Source: an uncultured Prevotellaceae bacterium (GTDB lineage: Bacteria; Bacteroidota; Bacteroidia; Bacteroidales; Bacteroidaceae). Taken from it: DNA of 64,000 nucleotides. The notes beneath the pieces are model-generated. The model did not search any database and was not told the DNA's origin. It saw nothing but the letters and a program-made list of their open reading frames with translations. The stretch is taken from positions 797 through 64,796 of the forward strand of contig CAMHHO010000001.1 of assembly GCA_946184965.1 (NCBI GenBank). The letters are read 5' to 3'. Position numbers and translations under genes: made by a program. Of this stretch, positions 8,705-18,113 are shown piece after piece. Numbering within the stretch: the first letter of the stretch is position 1; each line of letters starts with the position of its first letter.

Positions 8705-9130
8705 TTTCGCTTTTCCTGCACTGACCACTGACCATCAGTCAGTTACGCCGCCCCGCAACCGGTTTTTCCTGCACTGCGACCTGCATTGTAACCTGCACTG
8801 GCCAGTAACAAGCAGCTTTTATCATTACAAAACACCAAGGTTCCCAGCCCCGAAACGGGCCACTTTTCCAGCAAAAGGCGGTGCCTTTCCGACGAAAGGC
8901 CCCGCCTTTTTTGCTTTTTAACGCCACGAAAACCAATTTTTCCTGGCAGGAAAATCCGATTTTCAAGCCGCGACGAAAATGCTGACTGGCTTTTTGAAAT
9001 ACTTTTACACCGCTTTTCCGTGGTAACGGCGCAGTGCAGAAACAAGTGCAGGAACAAGTGCAGGAAAAACAAACCCACAAAGTCCGTAACCCGCTGGAAA
9101 TCAGTAGTCAGTGCAGGAAGTGCAAGATTT
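8705..9130. mobile_element. Putative non-autonomous MITE-like element with ~100-bp imperfect terminal inverted repeats
   Basis: Left ttcctgcactgaccactga...gttacg...tttttcctgcact..cctgcatt..cctgcactg mirrors right cagtgcag..agtgcagg..agtgcaggaaaaa...cgtaac...tcagtagtcagtgcaggaa; three internal 21-bp units at 8851-8913; no credible ORF. Confidence 0.55.
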
Positions 9131-9212
9131 ATTTCACTTTTCCCCCATTATCTTCTTGCAATTCAAAAAAAAGTTGTAACTTTGCGGCGTCTAACATAAA
9201 CAAAGAACGATA

Positions 9213-10142
9213 ATGAAAAAACTATTCTTCTTAATGTGTATCGTCGCAGGATTGTTTGTTGCATGTGACAGCGATGATGAAGAAAGAGATGCTGTCGTTG
9301 TGAATGACGATGGAACGACGTCAAATGGAAGTTCCTTTTTCCTGATTGACGACAAGAACTTTTATCTTGATGGTGTCAAGTACACAGTGAACTTCAATGT
9401 GGACCTGAAGGTAACTGGCTATGACGAAGAAAGATTCACCGGGATTGCCAACATCGCCCCCAGAATAACATTCAAAGGTAACACATACGATGTGTCTTAT
9501 ATTGAGTTTGACGCATTTAAGAATTGTACTCGTCTAACCTCAGTCACCATTCCATCAAGCATACGCCATATTGGCGAGTGTGCTTTCCAAAACTGCAGGG
9601 GATTGACCTCCCTGTTCATTCCCAAAAGTGTTGACAAAATTCTCGATTTTGCTTTCGCTGGTTGCGGTGGTCTGAAGAGCATTACTGTAGATGAAGGAAA
9701 TCCAAATTACTATTCCCCCAACAACTGTAATGCTATTCTTCTTAAGAAAAACAATTGGCTGATTCAAGGGTGTAATAATACGGTAATGCCCGATAACACT
9801 TTTTTAATCTATGATTCTGGTTTCCAAGGCTGCAGCAACCTGACTTCAATAACAATTCCCAACACAGTTACCTATATTGGGCAGGAAGCTTTTGAGGGCT
9901 GCAGTGGTCTGACCTCAATAACAATCCCAAACAGCGTGGAGATCATCAATCACCACGCTTTCTCTGGCTGTAGTGGTCTGAACTCAGTCCATTGTCAAAT
10001 ACAAAATCCCAGATTCTCGTCATTCAACTTTTTTGACGATAAGATTTGTTCATCTGCTACTCTGTACGTCCCTAAGGGGTCACTTGAGGCATATAAAAGT
10101 ACGTCTCCCTGGAACAAATTCAAAAATATCGTGGAAGAGTAG
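9213..10142 (+). CDS. BspA-type leucine-rich repeat (LRR_5) surface lipoprotein
   Basis: Lipobox FVAC-DSDDEE; repeats LTSITIPNSV..IG..AF.GC; LYVPKGSLEAYK..PW..F.NIVEE cap; AT-richer than neighbours. Confidence 0.9.
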   Translation: MKKLFFLMCIVAGLFVACDSDDEERDAVVVNDDGTTSNGSSFFLIDDKNFYLDGVKYTVNFNVDLKVTGYDEERFTGIANIAPRITFKGNTYDVSYIEFDAFKNCTRLTSVTIPSSIRHIGECAFQNCRGLTSLFIPKSVDKILDFAFAGCGGLKSITVDEGNPNYYSPNNCNAILLKKNNWLIQGCNNTVMPDNTFLIYDSGFQGCSNLTSITIPNTVTYIGQEAFEGCSGLTSITIPNSVEIINHHAFSGCSGLNSVHCQIQNPRFSSFNFFDDKICSSATLYVPKGSLEAYKSTSPWNKFKNIVEE

Positions 10143-10164
10143 AGGATTTAGGAGAACTTCGTCG

Positions 10165-10234
10165 ACTACAAATTTCACGAATTAAACGAATGGGCGACAC
10201 GCGGCTTATTCGTTTAATTCGTGAAATTCGTAGT
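10165..10234. terminator. 27-bp inverted repeat between convergent genes (probable bidirectional terminator / repeat element)
   Basis: actacaaatttcacgaattaaacgaat ... attcgtttaattcgtgaaattcgtagt, one mismatch. Confidence 0.7.
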
Positions 10235-10271
10235 AGTATTACGACTGAACTGCCTACAGTGAAATCCGTCG

Positions 10272-11855
10272 TTACTTGATCAGGTTGCCCAGGATGTCGC
10301 GGGTCAGCTCACGGGTGACGGTGCGCGTGGCGGCACTGGTGGCATTCTTCACCACCTTCTCCTTGGCCGATGTCTTCGACTTCGACTCCTTGCCGCTCAC
10401 CTTATTGCTCACCCATGTGCCGAGCAGGGCGGCGAGGGTCGAGGTGACGGCGGTCATGACGGCCTTCAGCACCTTGCTCACGATGCCGGCCTTCTTCTTC
10501 TCGGTCTTTTCGGCCTTGCCGCCCTTCTCAGCCTTCTCGCCCTCGGCTTCCTCCTGGGCGGCGAGCGCCTCCTCGGCCTCCTTGGCCAGCACCTCGAAGG
10601 CACTCTCGCGGTCGACGGGCGTGTCGTACTTGCCATAAATGCGGCTCTGCTTGATGATGTCAAGACGCTGACCCTCGCTGACGGCACCTATCTGACTGAG
10701 CGGGAACAACACCTTGGCGCGCTGTACAATAGCCGGTGCACCCTTCTCGTCAAGGAAGCTGACGAGAGCCTCGCCGGTCTCAAGGTTCATAATAGCCTCA
10801 TCGGTCTTGAACTCAGGATTGGGGCGGAAGGTATCAGCAGCAGTCTTCACGGCCTTCTGATCCTTCGGGGTATAGGCACGGAGAGCGTGCTGCACACGGT
10901 TGCCAAGCTGTCCGAGGATGACTTCGGGAATGTCTGTCGGGCTTTGCGTGATAAAGTAGATACCGACGCCCTTAGAGCGGATGAGTCGGATGACCTGCTC
11001 AATCTTGTCGAGCAGGGCTTTCGACGTGCCGTCGAACAGCATGTGAGCCTCGTCGAAGAAGAACACGAGCTTGGGCAGCGGCAGGTCGCCTACTTCGGGG
11101 AGCGTGGTGTAAAGTTCGGAGAGCAGCCAAAGCAGGAAGGTGGAATAGAGCTTGGGCTGGAGCATCAGCTTGTCGGCAGCGAGGACGCTCATGATTCCCT
11201 TACCGCCTTCAGTCTGCAGTAGGTCGTAGATATCGAACGAGGGCTCACCGAAGAAGTGGTCAGCACCTTGAGCCTCCAGCTGGAGCAGGGCGCGCTGGAT
11301 GGCGCCGATGGTCGGAGTAGAGATGTTTCCGTATTTCGTGGTGTACTCCTTGGCATGCTGCGACACCCAGTCGAGCATGGAACGCAGGTCCTTAAGGTCG
11401 AGGATGAGCAGTCCGCGCTCGTCGGCGATGCGGAACACGATGTTGAGCACGCCATCCTGTGTCTCGTTAAGCTGGAGCAGGCGGCTGAGCAACTGCGGCC
11501 CCATCTGGCTGACTGTGGCACGCATGGGGTGTCCCTGCTCACCAAAGACGTCATAGAAGCGGACAGGGCAGGCCTGGAACTGCGGATTCTCAATACCGAA
11601 CTCAGGCAGTCTTTTCTCGATGAAACCGCTCATTTTGCCCACTTGCGAGATGCCGCTGAGGTCGCCCTTCATGTCGGCCATGAAGCAGGGCACACCTGCC
11701 TGGCAGAATGTCTCGGCCATCACCTGTAGCGTGACGGTCTTACCCGTACCCGTGGCTCCGGCAATGAGTCCGTGCCGGTTGGCCATCTTTCCTGTAATAC
11801 TGAGCGCTCCTTCGGCGCAGTGGGCGATGTAGAGCCCGCGTTCGTTGTCTAACAT
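10272..11855 (-). CDS. DUF853 / YjgR HerA-like P-loop ATPase
   Basis: [48 protein letters not shown]. Confidence 0.92.
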   Translation of the reverse strand: MLDNERGLYIAHCAEGALSITGKMANRHGLIAGATGTGKTVTLQVMAETFCQAGVPCFMADMKGDLSGISQVGKMSGFIEKRLPEFGIENPQFQACPVRFYDVFGEQGHPMRATVSQMGPQLLSRLLQLNETQDGVLNIVFRIADERGLLILDLKDLRSMLDWVSQHAKEYTTKYGNISTPTIGAIQRALLQLEAQGADHFFGEPSFDIYDLLQTEGGKGIMSVLAADKLMLQPKLYSTFLLWLLSELYTTLPEVGDLPLPKLVFFFDEAHMLFDGTSKALLDKIEQVIRLIRSKGVGIYFITQSPTDIPEVILGQLGNRVQHALRAYTPKDQKAVKTAADTFRPNPEFKTDEAIMNLETGEALVSFLDEKGAPAIVQRAKVLFPLSQIGAVSEGQRLDIIKQSRIYGKYDTPVDRESAFEVLAKEAEEALAAQEEAEGEKAEKGGKAEKTEKKKAGIVSKVLKAVMTAVTSTLAALLGTWVSNKVSGKESKSKTSAKEKVVKNATSAATRTVTRELTRDILGNLIK

Positions 11856-11988
11856 GTGGCTTTTGTTGTTTTAAGTTTTTGACTTCTTGTAATACTGATG
11901 GCAAAAGTACATAAAAAAGCGTAAAATGCCAAAGTTTTTCCATGATATTTTGTAACTTTGCACAGTTTTTCACCATTACAGACAAACT

Positions 11989-13419
11989 ATGACAATAAGA
12001 AACTACCTACTGACCCTCTTCGTGCTGGCAGCCACAACCCTGCAGGCTGCCGACTATGCGAAGTATTACCAGAATCTGCCGACGCCCGTGAAACAGGTGG
12101 AGGTCTTCACCATTCCGAAGAACGAAGTCATGCTGACGGACTTCGGTGCCGTGGGCAACGGTCTGACGCTCTGCACCGAGGCCTTCGAGAAAGCAATTTC
12201 AAAGCTGACCAAGCAGGGCGGCGGACGAGTGACGGTGCCCGAGGGCGTATGGCTGACAGGCCCCATCCGTCTGAAGGATAACATCGAACTACATCTTGAG
12301 AAGAATGCTATCATCTACTTCTCGCCCGACAAGCAGCTATACCTTGATGCTGAAGGCAAGTCGAGCCGCGTTGACCCATGCATACGGGCCTCGAAGGCCC
12401 GCAACATCGCTATTACCGGCAGCGGCATCATCGACGGCAACGGCAACCAGTGGCGACCCGTGAAGCGCTCGAAGATGAGCGACGTGGAGTGGAAACAGTA
12501 TACGGAAATGGGCGGTCAGTTGACCGAGAAGGGCGACCTATGGTACCCATGGCAGCTGAAGAGCCGCTTCCCCGACATTGCCGGCACGCCGCAGAAGCAG
12601 GAGGCCATGCGCAACGACCTGGTGCGCTTCGAGCAGTGTGAGAACATCCTGCTGGAGGGCGTGACGTTCCAGAATTCGCCCCGCTTCCACGTCCATCCCT
12701 GCTACTCGCGCAACATCATCATCGACGGTATCACCGTGCGCTGCCCGTGGAACGTTCAGAACGGCGACGGCATCGACCTCTCGGACTGCCATCAGGCGCT
12801 GATTGTCAACGCAACGGTCAACGTCGGCGACGACGGGCTCTGCATGAAGAGCGGTTCGCAGAAGAAGGACTGCGACGTGTGGGGCTGTCAGGACGTGCTC
12901 ATTCAGGACAACACCGTCTACCACGCGCATGGCGGCTTCGTACTGGGCAGTGAGACCATCGGCGGCATCCGCGATATGGTTGTGCGCCACAACCGCTTCC
13001 TCGGCACCGATGTTGGCCTGCGCTTCAAGAGTGCACTGGACCGCGGCGGACGAACCGAGCGCCTCTTCATCAGCGACATCATGATGACCGACATCGCCGG
13101 CGAGGCCATCATCTTCCAGTGCGACTACGTGAACCGACACGCCGGCGACAACGGCAAGGCGCCAACCTATACCAAAGAGCAGCGTCGCCATGCGCCCAAC
13201 TTCCAGGATATCCACATCAGCCGCATCGTCTGCCGCGGAGCCAAGACGGGCATCAAGGCCGCCGGCATTGAGGGACTCGACTGCATACACGACATTGACA
13301 TCAGCGAATGTTCCATTATATATAATAAGGTAGCAACCGACATCGACGAGGCAACAGCCAAGCTGACCATGCGGGATGTCAAGACAACAGAGAATGTTTA
13401 CTCAAAACCAGTACAATAA
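11989..13419 (+). CDS. Glycoside hydrolase family 28 (polygalacturonase-like), secreted
   Basis: Signal peptide; NGDGID, GDD, HGG.VLGSE, RFKS catalytic motifs. Confidence 0.92.
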   Translation: MTIRNYLLTLFVLAATTLQAADYAKYYQNLPTPVKQVEVFTIPKNEVMLTDFGAVGNGLTLCTEAFEKAISKLTKQGGGRVTVPEGVWLTGPIRLKDNIELHLEKNAIIYFSPDKQLYLDAEGKSSRVDPCIRASKARNIAITGSGIIDGNGNQWRPVKRSKMSDVEWKQYTEMGGQLTEKGDLWYPWQLKSRFPDIAGTPQKQEAMRNDLVRFEQCENILLEGVTFQNSPRFHVHPCYSRNIIIDGITVRCPWNVQNGDGIDLSDCHQALIVNATVNVGDDGLCMKSGSQKKDCDVWGCQDVLIQDNTVYHAHGGFVLGSETIGGIRDMVVRHNRFLGTDVGLRFKSALDRGGRTERLFISDIMMTDIAGEAIIFQCDYVNRHAGDNGKAPTYTKEQRRHAPNFQDIHISRIVCRGAKTGIKAAGIEGLDCIHDIDISECSIIYNKVATDIDEATAKLTMRDVKTTENVYSKPVQ

Positions 13420-13423
13420 CGCT

Positions 13424-14725
13424 ATGAAAACAACTGTAAACCAAAACCCGTCTTTTCTTTACTTCATATGTGCCGTGTCGGCCATGGGCGGTCTGCTCTT
13501 CGGCTACGACTGGGTGGTCATCGGCGGCGCAAAACCGTTCTACGAACTATACTTTGGCATCGCTGACTCGCCTGTGATGCAGGGCGTGGCCATGTCGACT
13601 GCCTTGATAGGCTGTTTGGTGGGTGCAATGGTGGCAGGTGCTGCCGCCGACAAATATGGGCGCAAGCCGCTGCTGACGGTGTCGGCGGTGCTCTTCACCG
13701 TCTCGGCCATCGGCACGGGTCTGTTCAACGACTTCACCTTATTTAATATAGCCCGCTTCGTGGGCGGCATGGGCATCGGCGTGGCCTCAGCCTTGGCACC
13801 GATGTATATTGCCGAGGTCAGTCCGGCATCGATACGCGGACGGATGGTGAGCCTCAACCAGATGACCATCGTGCTTGGCATTCTAGCTGCACAGATTGTC
13901 AACCTGCTGCTGGCCCGCGATACGTCGGTAGCTGAGAACCAGGCGTGGAATGTGGCTTGGGGCTGGCGCTGGATGTTCTGGGCAGAGACGGTGCCGGCAG
14001 CCGCGTTTCTTGTGATGAGTTTCTTCATCCCGGAAAGCCCGGTGTTCTTGCGGATGAAGGCTGCGGCAACGCCGCAGCACAGCGAACAGGCGGGGCTGAG
14101 GGAACTGGCTCAGGCGAAATACGGGCGGGTGCTGCTGTTGGGGCTGGTCATTGCGGTGTTCCAGCAGTGGTGCGGCACGAACGTCATCTTCAACTACGCG
14201 CAGGAGATTTTCGTGGGAGCGGGCTTCGATGTCGACGGCATGTTTATCAACATCGTCATCACGGGCATCGCCAACGTGGTCTTCACCTTTGTGGCCCTCT
14301 ACACCATTGAGCGGTGGGGCCGCCGCACGCTGATGCTCATCGGTGCCGGTGGTCTGGGGCTGATTTACCTGACCTTAGGCACCTGCTACTTCCTGGAGGT
14401 AAAGGGCTTCGCGATGGTCTGCTTAGTGGTTACGGCCATCTCGGTCTACGCCATGACGCTGGGCCCCGTTACCTGGACGCTGCTGGCAGAGATATTCCCC
14501 AACCGCATCCGCGGCGTGGCAATGGCCACGTGCACGTTTGCCCTCTGGGTAGGCTGCTGCACGCTGACGTTCTCGTTCCCGTCGATGAACGCAGCCTTAG
14601 GCAGCAGCGGCACGTTCTGGATTTACAGCGGCATCTGCCTTTGTGCCTTCCTCTACCTGCTGCGCCGCTGTCCTGAGACGAAAGGCAAGAGCTTAGAAGA
14701 ACTGGAAAAAGAACTTGTGAAATAA
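13424..14725 (+). CDS. MFS sugar porter (XylE/AraE-like)
   Basis: GGLLFGYD, DKYGRK, PESP, QQWCG.N, PETKG. Confidence 0.93.
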   Translation: MKTTVNQNPSFLYFICAVSAMGGLLFGYDWVVIGGAKPFYELYFGIADSPVMQGVAMSTALIGCLVGAMVAGAAADKYGRKPLLTVSAVLFTVSAIGTGLFNDFTLFNIARFVGGMGIGVASALAPMYIAEVSPASIRGRMVSLNQMTIVLGILAAQIVNLLLARDTSVAENQAWNVAWGWRWMFWAETVPAAAFLVMSFFIPESPVFLRMKAAATPQHSEQAGLRELAQAKYGRVLLLGLVIAVFQQWCGTNVIFNYAQEIFVGAGFDVDGMFINIVITGIANVVFTFVALYTIERWGRRTLMLIGAGGLGLIYLTLGTCYFLEVKGFAMVCLVVTAISVYAMTLGPVTWTLLAEIFPNRIRGVAMATCTFALWVGCCTLTFSFPSMNAALGSSGTFWIYSGICLCAFLYLLRRCPETKGKSLEELEKELVK

Positions 14726-14757
14726 ATCGTAAATCGAAAATCTGTAAATCGTAAATA
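14724..14757. repeat. AAATCGT-periodic element
   Basis: aaatcgt aaatcga aaatctgt aaatcgt aaata. Confidence 0.8.
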
Positions 14758-14759
14758 AC

Positions 14760-17700
14760 ATGGTGGTAAAAGCCTGGAGAGAAATAGTGACCATCCCGAC
14801 CTACGAGGTGGGGAAGGCCGAGAAGAACCCGATATTCCTTGAGAAGCGGGTGTATCAGGGAAGCAGCGGTGTGGTTTATCCGTACCCCGTCATTGAGTCG
14901 ATAGCCGACGAGCCGACGCCGAAGGAGTGGCAGGCCGTCTGGCTCGAGAACGAGTATATCAAGGTGATGGTGCTGCCCGAACTGGGCGGCCGCATCCAGA
15001 TGGCGTATGACAAGGTGAAGCAGCGCCACTTCGTGTACTACAACCACGTCATCAAGCCGGCCCTCGTCGGACTGTGTGGACCGTGGATCAGCGGCGGCAT
15101 CGAGTTCAACTGGCCGCAGCACCACCGTCCGTCGACCTACTCGCCCGTCGACTCGCTGATTGTGGAGAACGCGGACGGGAGCGTCACCGTCTGGGTAAAC
15201 GAGATGGAGCGGATGTTCCATCAGAAGGGCGCCGCCGGCTTCACGCTACGCCCCGGCTGTGCCTACCTGGAGATTCAGGGGCGCGTCAGCAACCGCACGC
15301 CGCTGCCGCAGACATTCCTCTGGTGGGCCAACCCCGCCGTCGAGGTGAACGACCAGTACCAGAGCGTGTTCCCGCCCGACGTGAACGCCGTCTTCGACCA
15401 CGGCAAGCGCGCCGTCTCCAGCTTCCCCATCGCCACGGGCACCTATTACAAGATGGACTACTCGGCCGGCGTCGACATCTCGAACTACCGCAACATCCCC
15501 GTGCCCACGAGCTATATGGCCGTCAACTCGAAGTACGACTTCGAGGGCGGCTACGAGAACGACAGCCACGGCGGCATGCTCCACGTGGCCAGCCACCACT
15601 TCTCGCCCGGCAAGAAGCAGTGGACCTGGGGCAACGGCGACTTCGGCCGCGCCTGGGACCGGAACCTGACGGAGCCCACCCCTGGCCCCTCCCCAAGGGA
15701 GGGGGAGTTCCGCCCCTACATCGAACTGATGGCCGGCGTCTACACCGAGAACCAGCCCGACTTCACGTGGCTCATGCCCTACGAGGAGAAGCAGTTCGTG
15801 CAGTACTTCATGCCCTATCGCGAGGTCGGCATGGTGAAGCAGGCGAGTAAGGACTTCATAATAGGCCTCACCCCCGACCCTTCTCCGACTGGAGAGGGGA
15901 GGTCGGTTACTTTCAAGGTGCTGGCTACGTCGAAGCAGGAGGTGCGCATCGTGCTGCGCCACGATAACGGCGAGGTGTACTATGACCAGATGGTGACGCT
16001 GTCGCCCGAGGAGGTCTTTCAGCAGACAGTGGACGTGAACGGCACGAAGATGGACAGCCTGACACTGACGGTGGGCCGTCTGACGTGGCACGCAGAGCCT
16101 GACGAGATACGCCCCATCCCCGATGCCGCCGAGGCCGCCCTGCCGCCTGAGGACACGAAGACCAACGATCAGCTCTACCTGACGGGTCTGCACTTGGAGC
16201 AGTACCGCCACGCCACGTGGTCGGCCCTCGACTACTACGAAGAGGCCCTGCGCCGCGACCCCAACGACGTGCGCTGCCTGAACCAGACGGGACTGTGGTA
16301 CCTGCGCCGCGGGCGGTTCGACAAGGCGGAGCCCTATCTGCGAAAGGCCGTGAAGATATGGCAGAAGCGCAACCCGAACCCCTACGACGGCGAGGCCATC
16401 TTCAACCTCGCCCTCTGTCTGAAGTACCAACGCCGCACGCAGGAGGCTTACGAGCTGTTCTGGAAGTCGACGTGGAACAAGGCCTGGGCCGATGCCGGCT
16501 ACTTCGAGGCCGCCTGCATCAGCGTGAGCCAAGGCCGCTACGACGACGCCCTCGACGAGCTGGGCCGCTGTCTCATCTTCAACAGCTGCAACCACAAGGC
16601 GCGCGCGCTGAAGGCTGCCGTGCTGCGGCTGCAGCAGGACGGGAAGCAGAAGGGCGGTCTGCAGATGGGCAGTTCGAGGGAATTGAACGAACGCTTAGCG
16701 CTCATCAAAGAGTCGTTGCAGCTGGACCGCTTCAACTACGGCATTCGCTACGAGCAATACCTGCTGACAAAGGACAAGGACGTGCTGAAGGAGATGACCG
16801 TGATGATGCACGGAAACGTCTATAACTACCATGAACTGGCGCTCGACTATGCGCAGGCCGGTCTGTGGCAGGAGTGCATCAACATTCTGAAGCTGTGCAA
16901 GACGAAACATCCGCTTACCTATTATTATATAGGCTGGGCACAGCTCGGAATAGGCGATGCCGTGGCTGCCAACGATGCCTTCGAGCAGGCAGAAAAGGTG
17001 GACAGCTACTGCTGCTTCCCCAACCGCTTAGAGGATGTCATTGTGCTGACGATGGCCAAGACGATGAACCCCGACGGGGCACGCGCTCCCTATTACCTTG
17101 GTTGCCTGTATTACGACAAGCGGCAGTACGACGTGGCCATTGAGAACTGGGAGCTGTCGGCACGGCTCGACCCGCAGTTCCCGACCGTCTGGCGTAACCT
17201 GGCGCTGGCACGCTTCAACAAACAGGACAGGCGGGAGGAAGCATTGGCATACATGGAACGCGCTTTCAGCCTCGACAAGAAAGACGCCCGCGTGCTGATG
17301 GAACTCGACCAGCTCTACAAGCGCCTGCAGAAACCGCACCAGGAGCGGCTCAACTTCCTGCAGCAATACCCGAAGCTCATCCAGCAGCGCGACGACCTCG
17401 TCTTAGAGGAGATAACCCTGCTCAACCAGCTTGGCCGCTATGAGGAGGCCAAGGCAAAGCTCGACGCCCACAAGTTCCACCCGTGGGAGGGCGGCGAAGG
17501 CAAGGTGAGCGGGCAGTACCAGATATGCCGGGTGGAGCTTGCGAAGAAAAGCCTCACCCCCGGCCCCTCTCCCAAGGAGAGGGGAGTAGATAGTTCTGCT
17601 AAGGATAATGCCACCAAACTGTTGGAGGAGTGTCTCGTCTATCCGCCTCATCTTGGCGAGGGGAAGCTCTATGGTGCTCAGGACAATGACATCCTCTACT

Positions 17701-18113
17701 TCCTCGGGCGCTACGAGGAGGGAACGGCCGGACCGACGGAGCCTGCCGCCGCCATGTACTACAACGACGCCAAGCCCGACAAGATATTCTACGCCGGCCT
17801 CTGCTACCGCAAGTTAGGACAGGAGGACAAGGCGCGAAGCCTTTTCCACAAGCTCGTCAACTATGGCAAGCAGCACATCTTCGACCACGTCACGATGGAC
17901 TACTTCGCCGTCTCGCTGCCCGACCTGCTCATCTGGGAAGACAGCCTCGACACGAAGAACCTCATCCACTGTAAGTATATGCTCGCGCTCGGCTACCTGG
18001 GACTGGGCGACACAGAAAAAGCCCTGAGGTATCTCTCCGAGGTGGAAGCCTTGGACATTAACCATCAGGGCATTCAACAGTTGCGGACGCTGATCGACAG
18101 CGGTCTGCTGTAG
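14760..18113 (+). CDS. DUF5107 + TPR protein (YphG-like)
   Basis: LEKRVYQGSSG.VYPYP, GPWISGGIEFNWPQHHRP, C-terminal TPR repeats. Confidence 0.88.
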   Translation: MVVKAWREIVTIPTYEVGKAEKNPIFLEKRVYQGSSGVVYPYPVIESIADEPTPKEWQAVWLENEYIKVMVLPELGGRIQMAYDKVKQRHFVYYNHVIKPALVGLCGPWISGGIEFNWPQHHRPSTYSPVDSLIVENADGSVTVWVNEMERMFHQKGAAGFTLRPGCAYLEIQGRVSNRTPLPQTFLWWANPAVEVNDQYQSVFPPDVNAVFDHGKRAVSSFPIATGTYYKMDYSAGVDISNYRNIPVPTSYMAVNSKYDFEGGYENDSHGGMLHVASHHFSPGKKQWTWGNGDFGRAWDRNLTEPTPGPSPREGEFRPYIELMAGVYTENQPDFTWLMPYEEKQFVQYFMPYREVGMVKQASKDFIIGLTPDPSPTGEGRSVTFKVLATSKQEVRIVLRHDNGEVYYDQMVTLSPEEVFQQTVDVNGTKMDSLTLTVGRLTWHAEPDEIRPIPDAAEAALPPEDTKTNDQLYLTGLHLEQYRHATWSALDYYEEALRRDPNDVRCLNQTGLWYLRRGRFDKAEPYLRKAVKIWQKRNPNPYDGEAIFNLALCLKYQRRTQEAYELFWKSTWNKAWADAGYFEAACISVSQGRYDDALDELGRCLIFNSCNHKARALKAAVLRLQQDGKQKGGLQMGSSRELNERLALIKESLQLDRFNYGIRYEQYLLTKDKDVLKEMTVMMHGNVYNYHELALDYAQAGLWQECINILKLCKTKHPLTYYYIGWAQLGIGDAVAANDAFEQAEKVDSYCCFPNRLEDVIVLTMAKTMNPDGARAPYYLGCLYYDKRQYDVAIENWELSARLDPQFPTVWRNLALARFNKQDRREEALAYMERAFSLDKKDARVLMELDQLYKRLQKPHQERLNFLQQYPKLIQQRDDLVLEEITLLNQLGRYEEAKAKLDAHKFHPWEGGEGKVSGQYQICRVELAKKSLTPGPSPKERGVDSSAKDNATKLLEECLVYPPHLGEGKLYGAQDNDILYFLGRYEEGTAGPTEPAAAMYYNDAKPDKIFYAGLCYRKLGQEDKARSLFHKLVNYGKQHIFDHVTMDYFAVSLPDLLIWEDSLDTKNLIHCKYMLALGYLGLGDTEKALRYLSEVEALDINHQGIQQLRTLIDSGLL
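15673..15707. repeat. CCCCTCCCCAAGGGAGGGG REP-like element, in frame (PTPGPSPREGE)
   Basis: agcccacccctggcccctccccaagggagggggag; near-identical to 7047-7081. Confidence 0.85.
15865..15901. repeat. Same REP-like family, in frame (LTPDPSPTGEG)
   Basis: gcctcacccccgacccttctccgactggagaggggag. Confidence 0.8.
17550..17586. repeat. Same REP-like family, in frame (LTPGPSPKERG)
   Basis: agcctcacccccggcccctctcccaaggagaggggag. Confidence 0.85.

Noticed and set aside
8739-9080. Cys-rich short ORFs (CTCSCTCFC)
   Set aside because: Translations of the CCTGCAC repeat units of the MITE-like element, not a metalloprotein or RiPP precursor
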